Shown one piece after another: positions 43,777 through 53,372 of a stretch of DNA of 64,000 nucleotides. Origin of the DNA: an uncultured Marinifilum sp. (GTDB lineage: Bacteria; Bacteroidota; Bacteroidia; Bacteroidales; Marinifilaceae); the NCBI GenBank assembly GCA_963677195.1, contig OY781918.1, forward strand, positions 420,923 to 484,922. Reading direction: 5' to 3'. Made by a program: the position numbers and the translations under genes. Within the stretch, counting starts at the first letter, position 1, and each line of letters starts with the position of its first letter. A model generated the notes under the pieces. The model did not search any database and was not told the origin of the DNA. It saw only the letters and a list, made by a program, of their open reading frames with translations.

Positions 43777-44913
43777 CTATTGTTCCTTTTTTAGATTAAT
43801 AATTGCCTGAACAGCCGATTTTGCTTTCCTGTTTCTATCGAAAAGCAAAGGATAGTCTGTACGACCTGCAATTGGCCAATAATTGCGCCATGTTTGCTTG
43901 TCGTGTACTCCCCAAAGGGTAACACGAGTCAATTTATCGCTGTGCTTGTTAAAAAGTTTAAAGAACTCTACATACCTATCTCGCAACTGATTGTTAATAG
44001 AATCAGGCAAAGAATTAGGATATGGATTTAGTTCTTTTTTAAACTCATAACTTTTAGCTACATCGGCACCAACATTTAAATCGGGAAATGGCAATACTGA
44101 TATATCCAGCTCGGTAATCATTACATTCACTCCCAATTTTGAAAATTCGACAATACTTTTTTCAAATTCTTTAATGTCGGGCTTAGTAATTGAGCTGTGA
44201 GCCTGCATTCCGATGCCATCAATTCTAACACCGGACTCTATTAGTTCTTTTACCATTTTAGTAACGCCATTGCGTTTTGCAGGAATAGCCATGGAATAAT
44301 CGTTATAATACAATTCGGCATCAGGATCGGCTTCGTGAGCAAATTGAAAAGCCAGTTTCACAAAATCTTTTCCTATAATCTGAACCAACTTGCTATCACG
44401 GAATGTTCCATCTTCCATAATGGTTTCGTTTACCACATCCCAAGCATGAATCCTTCCTTTGTAGCGTCCAACAACTGCATAAATATGTTTTCTCATTCGT
44501 TCAATCAACACATCTCGGCTAACATCATTCCCATTTTCATCTACAAAAAACCATTCTGGTGCCTGCGAATGCCAAATTAAAGTATGACCAATAATAAACA
44601 TGTTATTCTTTTCACCAAACTCAACAAATTTATCCGATAAGCTAAAATCGAACTTTCCTTCTTTGGGTTGTATTACTTCGCTTTTCATACAATTTTCGGC
44701 AACTATAGAATTAAAATGTTTCTGAACAATTTTAATGGCCAAACTATCTTCCTGAAGAATTTGAGGTGTATTTAATGCTGTTCCAATTAAATAATTTTCT
44801 TTAATTGAGTTTTTAAGTCCTATTGTTTGTGAACTTTTCTTTGAACAGGAACTTAGCAAAACAATTGCGATTCCTGCTAATAAAAGTCCTTTAGTATATT
44901 TTATAAGTTTCAT
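43777..44913 (-). CDS. GH10 endo-1,4-beta-xylanase, lipoprotein
   Basis: A 378-aa ORF with AENCMKSE, GHTLIWHSQAPEWF, WDVVNE (acid/base), YYNDYS and ITELDIS (nucleophile). Confidence 0.92.
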   Translation of the reverse strand: MKLIKYTKGLLLAGIAIVLLSSCSKKSSQTIGLKNSIKENYLIGTALNTPQILQEDSLAIKIVQKHFNSIVAENCMKSEVIQPKEGKFDFSLSDKFVEFGEKNNMFIIGHTLIWHSQAPEWFFVDENGNDVSRDVLIERMRKHIYAVVGRYKGRIHAWDVVNETIMEDGTFRDSKLVQIIGKDFVKLAFQFAHEADPDAELYYNDYSMAIPAKRNGVTKMVKELIESGVRIDGIGMQAHSSITKPDIKEFEKSIVEFSKLGVNVMITELDISVLPFPDLNVGADVAKSYEFKKELNPYPNSLPDSINNQLRDRYVEFFKLFNKHSDKLTRVTLWGVHDKQTWRNYWPIAGRTDYPLLFDRNRKAKSAVQAIINLKKEQ

Positions 44914-44930
44914 TTTATCAATTTTATTAA

Positions 44931-46397
44931 TTAGGCCTCTTTTCTTCTAAGAATTAATTCTTTTTCAATCTGTAGTTCTTTTTTCTTATCAATATCATAA
45001 AAGAAAAGACAGGCTACACTCACACAAAAAGTTAAGCTTGGTAAAACACTCATTGCTAATTTTATACCGCCAATAGTTTCTGCTGATTGACTTAGTAATT
45101 GTTCATTATATCCATAAATTGCCAAAATTCCGGCCACCAAAGCACCACCAATACTTAATCCGGCTTTTAAGCCAAATATCATTGCCGAGAAAATAATAGC
45201 AGTTGCTCTTCTGTTATTTTTCCATTCCGAATAATCGGCCACATCGGCAATCATAGCCCATAGCAATGGTGTTGATATTCCGTAAAAGAAACCATGTACC
45301 ATTTGGCTAATAAATACAATTGCTATTGACTGAGGTGAATAAAAATAGAAGGCAAGCAAACAAAGAGCAGATAGAAACAAACTCACTCCAAAAACATCTC
45401 TTTTACCATATTTATCGGCAAATAATTTCGAGAATCCGATACCAATAATCATGAAAATAATACCTGCAGCATTAAACAAACTAAAACCAGAAGTAGAAGC
45501 ATCCTCGGGCCAGTGAAAACCTACTAAACCCAAGCTGGTAAGCATATTATTTAAACTATCGATAAAACCATTAAAGCCAATATTATTTAGAAACGCAGCT
45601 AAAGCTTCTTTATCGAGGTAATTCTCGAAATAATAAACATACATTCCTCCTTTTAAGGATAGGGTAATAAAAATAAAGATGGTGATAAGCAACATTGCAA
45701 TCCAAGGCTTATTTTTAAATAAATCGGTAAAATCTTGCTTTATACTTGTTTGCTGCTCTGCATTAGGTACAATTCTCTCTTTTGTAGTTAAAAAAGTAAT
45801 TAAAAGAAACACAACACCAACTACTGCAAAAACACCAATTGTATTTTCGAATCCAACTGTTTTATCGCCATTACCAAGAATTAAGACCAATGGTAAAAGC
45901 AAAGCCTGAACAATAAACTGAGCAAGCATTACGGCAACAAAACGATAAGATGAAAGGCTGTTTCTTTCGGACATATCGCCAGTTATGACACCACTTAATG
46001 CAGAATAAGGCAAATTATTTGCCGAGTAAACCAAAACCAGCAAAATATAAGTAGTAAGAGCATATATTATTTTACCATTCGGAGCAAAATTTGGTGTGCT
46101 AAAAGCCAATAAAGCCATGCCACCAAAAGGAATAGCAGTCCATAAAATCCAGGGACGAAATTTCCCCCATCTGGTATTAGTCCGATCTGCAATAACACCC
46201 ATAATTGGATTAAAGAAAGCACCAATCATTCCTCCTGCAAATATTATTGCCGAGGCCGATGATGGTGGAATCTTATACACATCGGTATAAAAGAATGCCA
46301 AAAAAGTCATTAAGGTTTGAAAAATAAGATTAGCAGCCAAATCGCCTAAACTATAACCTATTTTTTCGCCTATGCTTACTTTATTTTTATTATCCAT
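44931..46397 (-). CDS. Glycoside-pentoside-hexuronide (GPH) family cation symporter (xyloside/xylooligosaccharide transporter type)
   Basis: A 488-aa ORF with 12 predicted TM helices. It has an N-terminal EKIGYSLGDLAANLIFQ and a RTNTRWGKFRPW loop, typical of GPH/MelB-XynP transporters. Confidence 0.85.
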   Translation of the reverse strand: MDNKNKVSIGEKIGYSLGDLAANLIFQTLMTFLAFFYTDVYKIPPSSASAIIFAGGMIGAFFNPIMGVIADRTNTRWGKFRPWILWTAIPFGGMALLAFSTPNFAPNGKIIYALTTYILLVLVYSANNLPYSALSGVITGDMSERNSLSSYRFVAVMLAQFIVQALLLPLVLILGNGDKTVGFENTIGVFAVVGVVFLLITFLTTKERIVPNAEQQTSIKQDFTDLFKNKPWIAMLLITIFIFITLSLKGGMYVYYFENYLDKEALAAFLNNIGFNGFIDSLNNMLTSLGLVGFHWPEDASTSGFSLFNAAGIIFMIIGIGFSKLFADKYGKRDVFGVSLFLSALCLLAFYFYSPQSIAIVFISQMVHGFFYGISTPLLWAMIADVADYSEWKNNRRATAIIFSAMIFGLKAGLSIGGALVAGILAIYGYNEQLLSQSAETIGGIKLAMSVLPSLTFCVSVACLFFYDIDKKKELQIEKELILRRKEA

Positions 46398-46466
46398 TTT
46401 TGTTATTTTTTAATTCATGCAAGCTTTAAAAACCATAACATTTAGGGCTGTACATCTCCATTAAAG

Positions 46467-46504
46467 TCAATAAATGAGTTTAATTCAGACAACTCATTTA
46501 TTGA
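46467..46504. other. Perfect 14-bp hairpin between GH3 and the GPH transporter gene
   Basis: TCAATAAATGAGTT..AACTCATTTATTGA. The T-tract follows on the plus strand only, while both flanking genes are on the minus strand. Confidence 0.45.
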
Positions 46505-46542
46505 TTTTTTAAATTTTATTAATAGACTGATTATGATTTATA

Positions 46543-49176
46543 TTATTCAGCTACATAAGAAGAACCTTTAACTTCGATCGATTTTGTTAAGACTTTAGAC
46601 TTTTTTACGCTTTGCGCTGATGGTTGAGATCCGCCTAGCGAAACAATTAACTGCCCCGAAAGAACTACTTGTCTGAATTGTTCATCGACAATAGTTAACT
46701 GCTCGGGCTCAATTGAAATTTCTATGGTTTTACTCTCTCCTGCTTTTAGCATTACTCTCTCAAAGCCAACCAACGATCGAATTGGATTTACGCCTCCCGA
46801 TTGCGGATTTGAAGCATAGCATTGCACCACTTCTTCTCCATCCATCGAGCCAGTATTTGTAATTGTTACAGATACTTTCACAGGATCGCCCGGTGTAATT
46901 TTATCTGGAGCCTTTAGGTTTGAATATTTAAATTCGGTAAAACTTAGGCCATACCCAAAGTCGTACAATGCCTCGCCTTTAAAATAACGATATGTTTTGC
47001 CGCGCATATCATAATCGCTGTAGGCAGGAATATCTTTTACACTTTTATAGAAAGTGAGAGGTAATCGTCCGGAAGGATTATAATCGCCAAATAAAATATC
47101 TGCAATGGCGGTACCACCGGCCTGACCAGGATACCAAGCCTCGAGAATAGCTGGAATATTTTCATTTTCCCAGTTAATGGCAAGCGCACTTCCATTCAAC
47201 AACACCAAAACCATTGGTTTGTTCAATTTCTTAATTTCTTTCATAAGAGCAGTCTGCGTTTCCGGCAATTTTATATTTAGTCTGTCTCCATGAGCAAACC
47301 CATCCACTTTAACTTTCATTTCCTCGCCTTCCAATAAAGGACTAATTCCCATACAAAAAATTACAACATCGGCTTCTTTTGCAATGGCAATGGCATCTTC
47401 TGCTAAATTATTATTGGGTTTTTCCCATAACAAACGCATCATTGCATGCTCGGTATTATCCTGAATATATTCTAGTTTAACAGAATACGCTTTCCCCGCT
47501 TGCAATTGTAAATATTCATATTCCTTATGCGGATGGTGAACTTCACTTCTATCAACTAAAAGAGAATCATCGATAAACAATTTCATTCCTAAAAATCCTT
47601 CGCCACCTATTGCATAACTACCACTTTCTTCCACTTTTAATACTCCTGTCCAGCGAGCCGAAAATTTATCGTAGGCAAGATCGTCGAATGGTGGTGTGGT
47701 TCCCCATACAAAATCAACATTCGAATCTATTCGAGTGTGCAGCGGAGTTCCCTCGCATTTAATATTGTTAAAATATTCGGCCTTTAATCCCGAATGAGAA
47801 AAAGTATTATCGGTAAATAAAACCGAATTTGGAACAGCCTCGAATATTGGTAGGCCTTTTGCCAGTTTGCATCCTGCAGCATACTTTACTTCGGCATTAG
47901 GTAACTTTTGCTTTATTCCTTCGAGCGGTGTAACCGGATTAGAAGGATATCCGTTATAGTTTCCTAATAAAACCTCCAAATCGTTGGCATTGGAACCAAT
48001 AACAGCTACTTTTTTTACCGATTTATTTAGAGGTAAAAGCTTATTCTCATTTTTTAATAATACCATAGATTTTCGAGCAGTACTTAAGGCCAGTAACCTA
48101 TGCGATTCGGAATCGACAACACTATAAGGAATTTTCTCGTATTTAACCGCTCCTTTAGGTGCAAACAAGCCTAATTTCATTCGTGCCAGCATTAATCTTT
48201 CAACCGATACATCTAACTCGGCTTCGGTAATTAAACCATTTTTAACAGCCTCGACTAAAGCCGGATACGAATCACCACAATTTAAATCGGTTCCTGCTTT
48301 TACTGCCATAGCCGCTGCCTCCTGTTTCGAGGAAGTTACAGCATGTGCATCGGGCATATAAAAATCGTTAATTGCCCAACAATCGGAAACAATATATCCT
48401 TTAAAGCCCCATTTTTTACGAAGCAAATTACTAAGCGATTTATTACCACAACAAGGTAGTCCATTAAAACTATTGTAGGCACACATTACCGAATACACAC
48501 CTGCATCCTGCACTACTTTTTTAAAGTGCGGACTGTAAGTATTCAACATATCGTACTGCGAGGGTTCAGCATTAAAACTGTGTCGTTCTGCCTCGGGACC
48601 ACTATGAACAATAAAATGTTTTGCAGTAGCAATTAGCTTGTAATAATCTTTATCCTTGCCTTGCAAACCACGAATAAATTGTACACCCAGCTCACCAGTT
48701 AAATAAGGGTCCTCTCCATAAGTTTCCATTCCTCTTCCCCAGCGCGGATCTCTAAAAATATTAATGTTAGGAGTCCAAAACGACAATCCCTGATATATAC
48801 CACGTTTATTTCTCGATGCAAATTCATGGTGCTTGGCTCTGGCCTCATCAGAAATTGCATTGGCAACTTCGAACATCTGATTTCGATCCCACATGGCTGC
48901 CATTCCTATTGCCTGTGGAAAAACTGTTGCAACTCCTGCTCTTGCAACTCCGTGTAGGCACTCGTTCCACCAATTATGTTCAGGAATTTCTAATCGCTCA
49001 ATAGCTGGAGAAGTATAACTCATTTGTGAAATTTTCTCTTCCAGAGTCATTTTATCAACCAGATAACTGGCACGTTCTTCGAATGAATATTTGGTATCCT
49101 TATGCATTTCGATATTGTTTTGGCACGACATAAATGATATAAAAATACAAAGGCTTACTATTTTTCTTACGTTCAT
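46543..49176 (-). CDS. GH3 beta-xylosidase/beta-glucosidase with PA14 insertion, lipoprotein
   Basis: I start it at ATG 49176 (MNVRKIVSLCIFISFMSC). The track start at 49284 overlaps the upstream GH10 gene. It has the nucleophile region KGYIVSDCWA and a PA14-like segment (GLKAEYFNN..FSARWTG). Confidence 0.88.
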   Translation of the reverse strand: MNVRKIVSLCIFISFMSCQNNIEMHKDTKYSFEERASYLVDKMTLEEKISQMSYTSPAIERLEIPEHNWWNECLHGVARAGVATVFPQAIGMAAMWDRNQMFEVANAISDEARAKHHEFASRNKRGIYQGLSFWTPNINIFRDPRWGRGMETYGEDPYLTGELGVQFIRGLQGKDKDYYKLIATAKHFIVHSGPEAERHSFNAEPSQYDMLNTYSPHFKKVVQDAGVYSVMCAYNSFNGLPCCGNKSLSNLLRKKWGFKGYIVSDCWAINDFYMPDAHAVTSSKQEAAAMAVKAGTDLNCGDSYPALVEAVKNGLITEAELDVSVERLMLARMKLGLFAPKGAVKYEKIPYSVVDSESHRLLALSTARKSMVLLKNENKLLPLNKSVKKVAVIGSNANDLEVLLGNYNGYPSNPVTPLEGIKQKLPNAEVKYAAGCKLAKGLPIFEAVPNSVLFTDNTFSHSGLKAEYFNNIKCEGTPLHTRIDSNVDFVWGTTPPFDDLAYDKFSARWTGVLKVEESGSYAIGGEGFLGMKLFIDDSLLVDRSEVHHPHKEYEYLQLQAGKAYSVKLEYIQDNTEHAMMRLLWEKPNNNLAEDAIAIAKEADVVIFCMGISPLLEGEEMKVKVDGFAHGDRLNIKLPETQTALMKEIKKLNKPMVLVLLNGSALAINWENENIPAILEAWYPGQAGGTAIADILFGDYNPSGRLPLTFYKSVKDIPAYSDYDMRGKTYRYFKGEALYDFGYGLSFTEFKYSNLKAPDKITPGDPVKVSVTITNTGSMDGEEVVQCYASNPQSGGVNPIRSLVGFERVMLKAGESKTIEISIEPEQLTIVDEQFRQVVLSGQLIVSLGGSQPSAQSVKKSKVLTKSIEVKGSSYVAE

Positions 49177-49198
49177 AGTCAAAAATCTAAGTTCAGTT

Positions 49199-50551
49199 TT
49201 ATTGCAATCCTTCCAAAAAGCCGTAGTAAGCATCTTTCTTCTCAAACTTGCTATCGAAAAGCAATGGCCAATCCTGTTGCCCATAAAAATTTATCAACCA
49301 CGACTCACTATCTATTAATCCCCAAACGGTTAAAGCATAAGCACTTTCTTCAGGTATTGATTTTAATATCTCAACCATTTCTTTATATTTTGCTTTTTGC
49401 GCTAAAGATCTTTCATTTGTTAAGCTTGTTAAATCATTATTAGGATTTACTCTGATATCTAATTCGGAGAAATGCATTAATAAGTTTCTATCGACCACTT
49501 TTTGAACTGCAGCTTCTATATCGGCTTTTGCCGGATAATCATACTGAATGTGTAATTGAAATCCCAATCCATCAATTGGAATATCTCTTGCAATAAAATC
49601 ATCGGCCATTGCGAAAACAGCATTTTGTTTTGTTTGATCGCTTACCATGCTGTAGTCGTTATAAAAAATTAAAACATCAGGATCGGCAGCTCTTACAAAC
49701 TGATAACATTTGGCAATATAATCGTCGCCCATTCGCTGACGGTAAATACTATTTCTCAATTGTCCCGAGCCATCCTCAAAAGCTTCGTTTACCACATCCC
49801 AAGAAGTTACTTTTCCTTTGTAACGGGTTACCACTTTGGTGATATATTCTTCAATCATATCTTCAAATTCCTGATCGCTTCCTTGGAAGTTACTTACCCA
49901 ATCGGGGGTTGAATTGTGCCAGATTAATGAATGACCATGAACATTAATGCCATTTTCCTGGGCATAATCAACAATAGCATCGGCAGGACCAAAATCATAA
50001 GAATCCTGAGTAGGATGTGTAATGTTCATTTTCATTTCGTACTCTGCCGTAATACTACTAAACTCATTTTTGTACAATTCGTCGTAGCTACCATTTAATT
50101 TTGAGGATTGAAGAGCAACACCAATTAAGAAATTATCTGATGAATTTTTTAATGTCTGATTGGCATCGGGCTCGAAAGAAGTTGTTAACTCAATAATATT
50201 TGAACTAGCAGATACGGTGCTTTCCTTTACAGCTCTTACACGATAAAAGTAGGAAACATTAGCTTCAAGTCCTGTAATATCGGCATTTAAATCGCTAAGC
50301 GGTTTAGAATTGTATCCCGACAAAAAATTTGTAAAATCAATATCTTTAGCGACATCTAACAAATAGCTATCTGCTTTATAAACTCTCGACCAGCTAGCAG
50401 TAAATCCGGTTGAAGTAATATCTGTTGCCTGTTTGGCTATGGGACTTCCCAATTCAAATTCTTCTTCGGATTCTCCGCTGCCCGAACAGCTTGAAAGTAT
50501 TAATGAACATGCAAAAAGCAGCCAAATGCTAAATCCCGATATTTTTTTCAT
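49199..50551 (-). CDS. GH10 endo-xylanase with N-terminal Fn3-like domain, lipoprotein
   Basis: A 450-aa ORF with signal ..LILSSC followed by SGSGESEEE. The Fn3-like stretch is TSTGFTASW..YFYRVRAV. GH10 motifs are AEYEMK, GHSLIWHN, WDVVNEAF, FYNDYS and FSELDIRV. Confidence 0.9.
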   Translation of the reverse strand: MKKISGFSIWLLFACSLILSSCSGSGESEEEFELGSPIAKQATDITSTGFTASWSRVYKADSYLLDVAKDIDFTNFLSGYNSKPLSDLNADITGLEANVSYFYRVRAVKESTVSASSNIIELTTSFEPDANQTLKNSSDNFLIGVALQSSKLNGSYDELYKNEFSSITAEYEMKMNITHPTQDSYDFGPADAIVDYAQENGINVHGHSLIWHNSTPDWVSNFQGSDQEFEDMIEEYITKVVTRYKGKVTSWDVVNEAFEDGSGQLRNSIYRQRMGDDYIAKCYQFVRAADPDVLIFYNDYSMVSDQTKQNAVFAMADDFIARDIPIDGLGFQLHIQYDYPAKADIEAAVQKVVDRNLLMHFSELDIRVNPNNDLTSLTNERSLAQKAKYKEMVEILKSIPEESAYALTVWGLIDSESWLINFYGQQDWPLLFDSKFEKKDAYYGFLEGLQ

Positions 50552-50578
50552 TTTACTAATATTTGAGGTGGTAAAAAT

Positions 50579-50607
50579 CAGGTAAAGAAATAAACTTTCT
50601 TTACCTG
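50579..50607 (-). terminator. Perfect 12-bp hairpin after the IPT-domain lipoprotein gene (possible attenuating terminator)
   Basis: CAGGTAAAGAAA..TTTCTTTACCTG is followed on the minus strand by ATTTTTACC. Confidence 0.45.
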
Positions 50608-50647
50608 AATATTTTGATTCTTGCCTATAACAAGCATAATTTAATTA

Positions 50648-51802
50648 TTAATAGTATCCGTGAAAACGAATATTATCGAATTGTACAGTTGAAGGATTTG
50701 CACCCCACTCTGCAATTGTAACTTTAACTTGATTAATTTGGGTTGGATCTACATCTCCACTATCCTGATTGTCTGGATCGTAATTTGCTCCGAAAGCAGA
50801 AACGGGAGTTTCAATTGTATGCCATCCATCTTCGGTAAATTCGTGACGGAAAGCCCAGTTTCCACCATCGCGATCGACAATTAAGAATTCGGCAACAGTT
50901 CCAATAGCACCGTTGCAATTTACATCAATTAGGTACATTACCCTTTCAGGATCAGACTCTACAACCATAGTTGCTGTTGCATCGGACTGACAACCATTGT
51001 ATCCATTAGAAGTATCGCCTAACCACTTAAATTCTGCGAATGTTCCTGTTGGACCACCTGTTATATATTCCAAAGATCCCGCATCGCCATAAGCAACCCA
51101 ATTGTTATTCGGACGCAATCCACCGCCATCAAAATCGGCAACCAAATATAAATTGTAGCCTATATCGATATCCAGAAATGCTGATACTTCACCAGCTTCG
51201 GTTTCAATAGTAAGATCGGCTCCTAATTTAGTACCATCAGGCACTACCATTGTAATTTCTGTAGACGAAATCATTGTATATTCAACTTCTTGTCCTGCGA
51301 AAGAAACCGACACGATATTTTGAAACCATTCTCCCGAAATAGTTACCATTTCGTTTGCCTTAGGGCGCTCGGGAGAAAATACTCCTATGGTTGGTTCTGG
51401 TTGAACAATTGTAAAGTCGTGAGTAATCACATTCCCATCCTGGTTTGTGATTGTAACCACATTCGCACCAAATACCGATCCTTTTGTTTCATCGAAAGGT
51501 ACATTAAACATGATTGCCAAATTAGAATTCAAAACCGGATTGAATACAACATCAACTAAATTCTCTTCCGGCTCGTTTACACCTCTAAACGTAACAGTTT
51601 TAACATTTTGAAGGTCCGATCCTTCTACTACCACTAATTCTTCGGGCATTCCGGAATTTATATTTAAATCGGTATTTTCAGAAACCATTACATCAATGGC
51701 AGGATTTAAGCTTGAATCGTCATCACAAGAATAAGTCATGACACTTACCATTAGCACTACTATTGCGCTTACGATATTGTTCAGGTTATATTTAAATTTC
51801 AT
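50648..51802 (-). CDS. Surface glycan-binding lipoprotein candidate with IPT/TIG-like repeats (SusE position)
   Basis: A 384-aa ORF with signal ..VMTYSC followed by DDDSS. It has two IPT-like segments (VVVEGSDLQNVKTVTFRG and MVTISGEWFQNIVSVSFAGQEVEY) plus a C-terminal beta-sandwich-like domain. It lies downstream of SusD. Confidence 0.55.
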   Translation of the reverse strand: MKFKYNLNNIVSAIVVLMVSVMTYSCDDDSSLNPAIDVMVSENTDLNINSGMPEELVVVEGSDLQNVKTVTFRGVNEPEENLVDVVFNPVLNSNLAIMFNVPFDETKGSVFGANVVTITNQDGNVITHDFTIVQPEPTIGVFSPERPKANEMVTISGEWFQNIVSVSFAGQEVEYTMISSTEITMVVPDGTKLGADLTIETEAGEVSAFLDIDIGYNLYLVADFDGGGLRPNNNWVAYGDAGSLEYITGGPTGTFAEFKWLGDTSNGYNGCQSDATATMVVESDPERVMYLIDVNCNGAIGTVAEFLIVDRDGGNWAFRHEFTEDGWHTIETPVSAFGANYDPDNQDSGDVDPTQINQVKVTIAEWGANPSTVQFDNIRFHGYY

Positions 51803-51814
51803 ACTTGTAGACTT

Positions 51815-53341
51815 TTAGTTGTTAAAATCAAAAGGAACTGGTTCTTCTAACAATAGAGGATTTAAATCCGCTTCGGAACCTGGAATAGGCAATAAGAAAT
51901 CTCCTGCAGAAGGGGTAACTTTGCGAGTAATGATATCATTATAATTTCCATCAACATAATCACCTCTTTCCTGATTTGAGATAATTGCCAAGGCTTTGGT
52001 TCTATCCATACGAGCCAAATCGTACCAATATTTACCTTCAACAGCGAACTCTACTCTTCTTTCCTGAAGGATATCATCGAAAGTGATAGATGATTTTTCG
52101 TCTAAGCCAGCTCTTTTTCGAACTGCATTAAAAGATTCCAGTGCATTTGAATCGCTGGTAGATGCATTTGTTCCCAGAATTGCTTCGGCATGAATTAATA
52201 AGACTTCTGCATATCTCATAATATATGTATTCATATCGGTTGACATAAAACCAACATTCTCCCATTCATCTTTCGAACCAACAACATACTTTCTCCAAGC
52301 GGCAATTGTACTTGTCATTCCACTTTCAGGAACAGTATAACCACCTTCCGAAGTAACTAAATCGGAATAAAAATCTCCTGGTTCCATAATGGTTTCGTGT
52401 TTTCTTAAATCGCCATCTTCGAAAGCATTTTGAAAATCGATACTTGGCTGAAAAGTTCCCCAGCCATCGCCTGCGTTGGTTAATTTAGGAGAAGCAGCCA
52501 AATAAGCCTGGTTTGGATTTTGATATCCCCATCCTTGATTTGCAACCCACTGTAAAGCAAAAATAGACTCACGGCTATTGTTGTTGCTAGGATGAAATAC
52601 ATCACCAAAGTTTTCTAATAATCCGTGTACTCCCGAATTAATTACCAATTCGGCTTTTGTCTTGGCATTTGTATAATCTTCTAATGTTAAATATACCTTT
52701 GCCATCATAGCATTACATGCCGTTTGTGTTACTCTACCAGACTCACTATCAGATCTTTGAATTGGAACTCTACTTAAAGCTCGATTATAATCATTTAAAA
52801 TGAAGGTATAAACATCCTCAACTGTATTTCTATATATCTCTGTATCTGCATTATACTGATCCATTGTATAAATGATAGGTACAGCTCCCCATGTTCTAAC
52901 CAAATAGAAATAGGCAGTTGCTCTCATAAAGTAAGCTTCCCCTTTTACCTCTTCAATAACATCTTCATCAACATCGCCCGAAACTTTTGTTTCCAAGTTA
53001 TAAATCAAAGTATTTGCAGTTGCAATTACATTGTATAAGGCATCCCAACCTTCGGTAGCAAATTGATTTCCCTGATTCACAGAGAATAGTGTAAATTGAG
53101 CAATATCGGAATAAGTACCAGTTGAATTACCACTGTAATTATCACCAATACAAATCAGGAATTTTTCGTTGAAGTAAAACCAGGGATATCCGTAAAGTGG
53201 AGCTCCTGCGCTCATTACCTGCTCATTGGTATTGTAATAGTTATCAACTACCAATGAATCTTCGGGAGCATTCTCCAGAAAGCTTTCTGAACAAGAAGCA
53301 GAAAGAAAAAGGAGTAATAATATGAATATTTTATTTTTCAT
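51815..53341 (-). CDS. SusD/RagB family nutrient-binding outer-membrane lipoprotein
   Basis: A 508-aa ORF with signal ..LFLSASC. It has RATAYFYLVRTWGAVPI and RRVEFAVEGKYWYDLARM, and lies downstream of SusC. Confidence 0.92.
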   Translation of the reverse strand: MKNKIFILLLLFLSASCSESFLENAPEDSLVVDNYYNTNEQVMSAGAPLYGYPWFYFNEKFLICIGDNYSGNSTGTYSDIAQFTLFSVNQGNQFATEGWDALYNVIATANTLIYNLETKVSGDVDEDVIEEVKGEAYFMRATAYFYLVRTWGAVPIIYTMDQYNADTEIYRNTVEDVYTFILNDYNRALSRVPIQRSDSESGRVTQTACNAMMAKVYLTLEDYTNAKTKAELVINSGVHGLLENFGDVFHPSNNNSRESIFALQWVANQGWGYQNPNQAYLAASPKLTNAGDGWGTFQPSIDFQNAFEDGDLRKHETIMEPGDFYSDLVTSEGGYTVPESGMTSTIAAWRKYVVGSKDEWENVGFMSTDMNTYIMRYAEVLLIHAEAILGTNASTSDSNALESFNAVRKRAGLDEKSSITFDDILQERRVEFAVEGKYWYDLARMDRTKALAIISNQERGDYVDGNYNDIITRKVTPSAGDFLLPIPGSEADLNPLLLEEPVPFDFNN

Positions 53342-53372
53342 GATCGTAATTTTTTAACGTAAACAAGTAGAT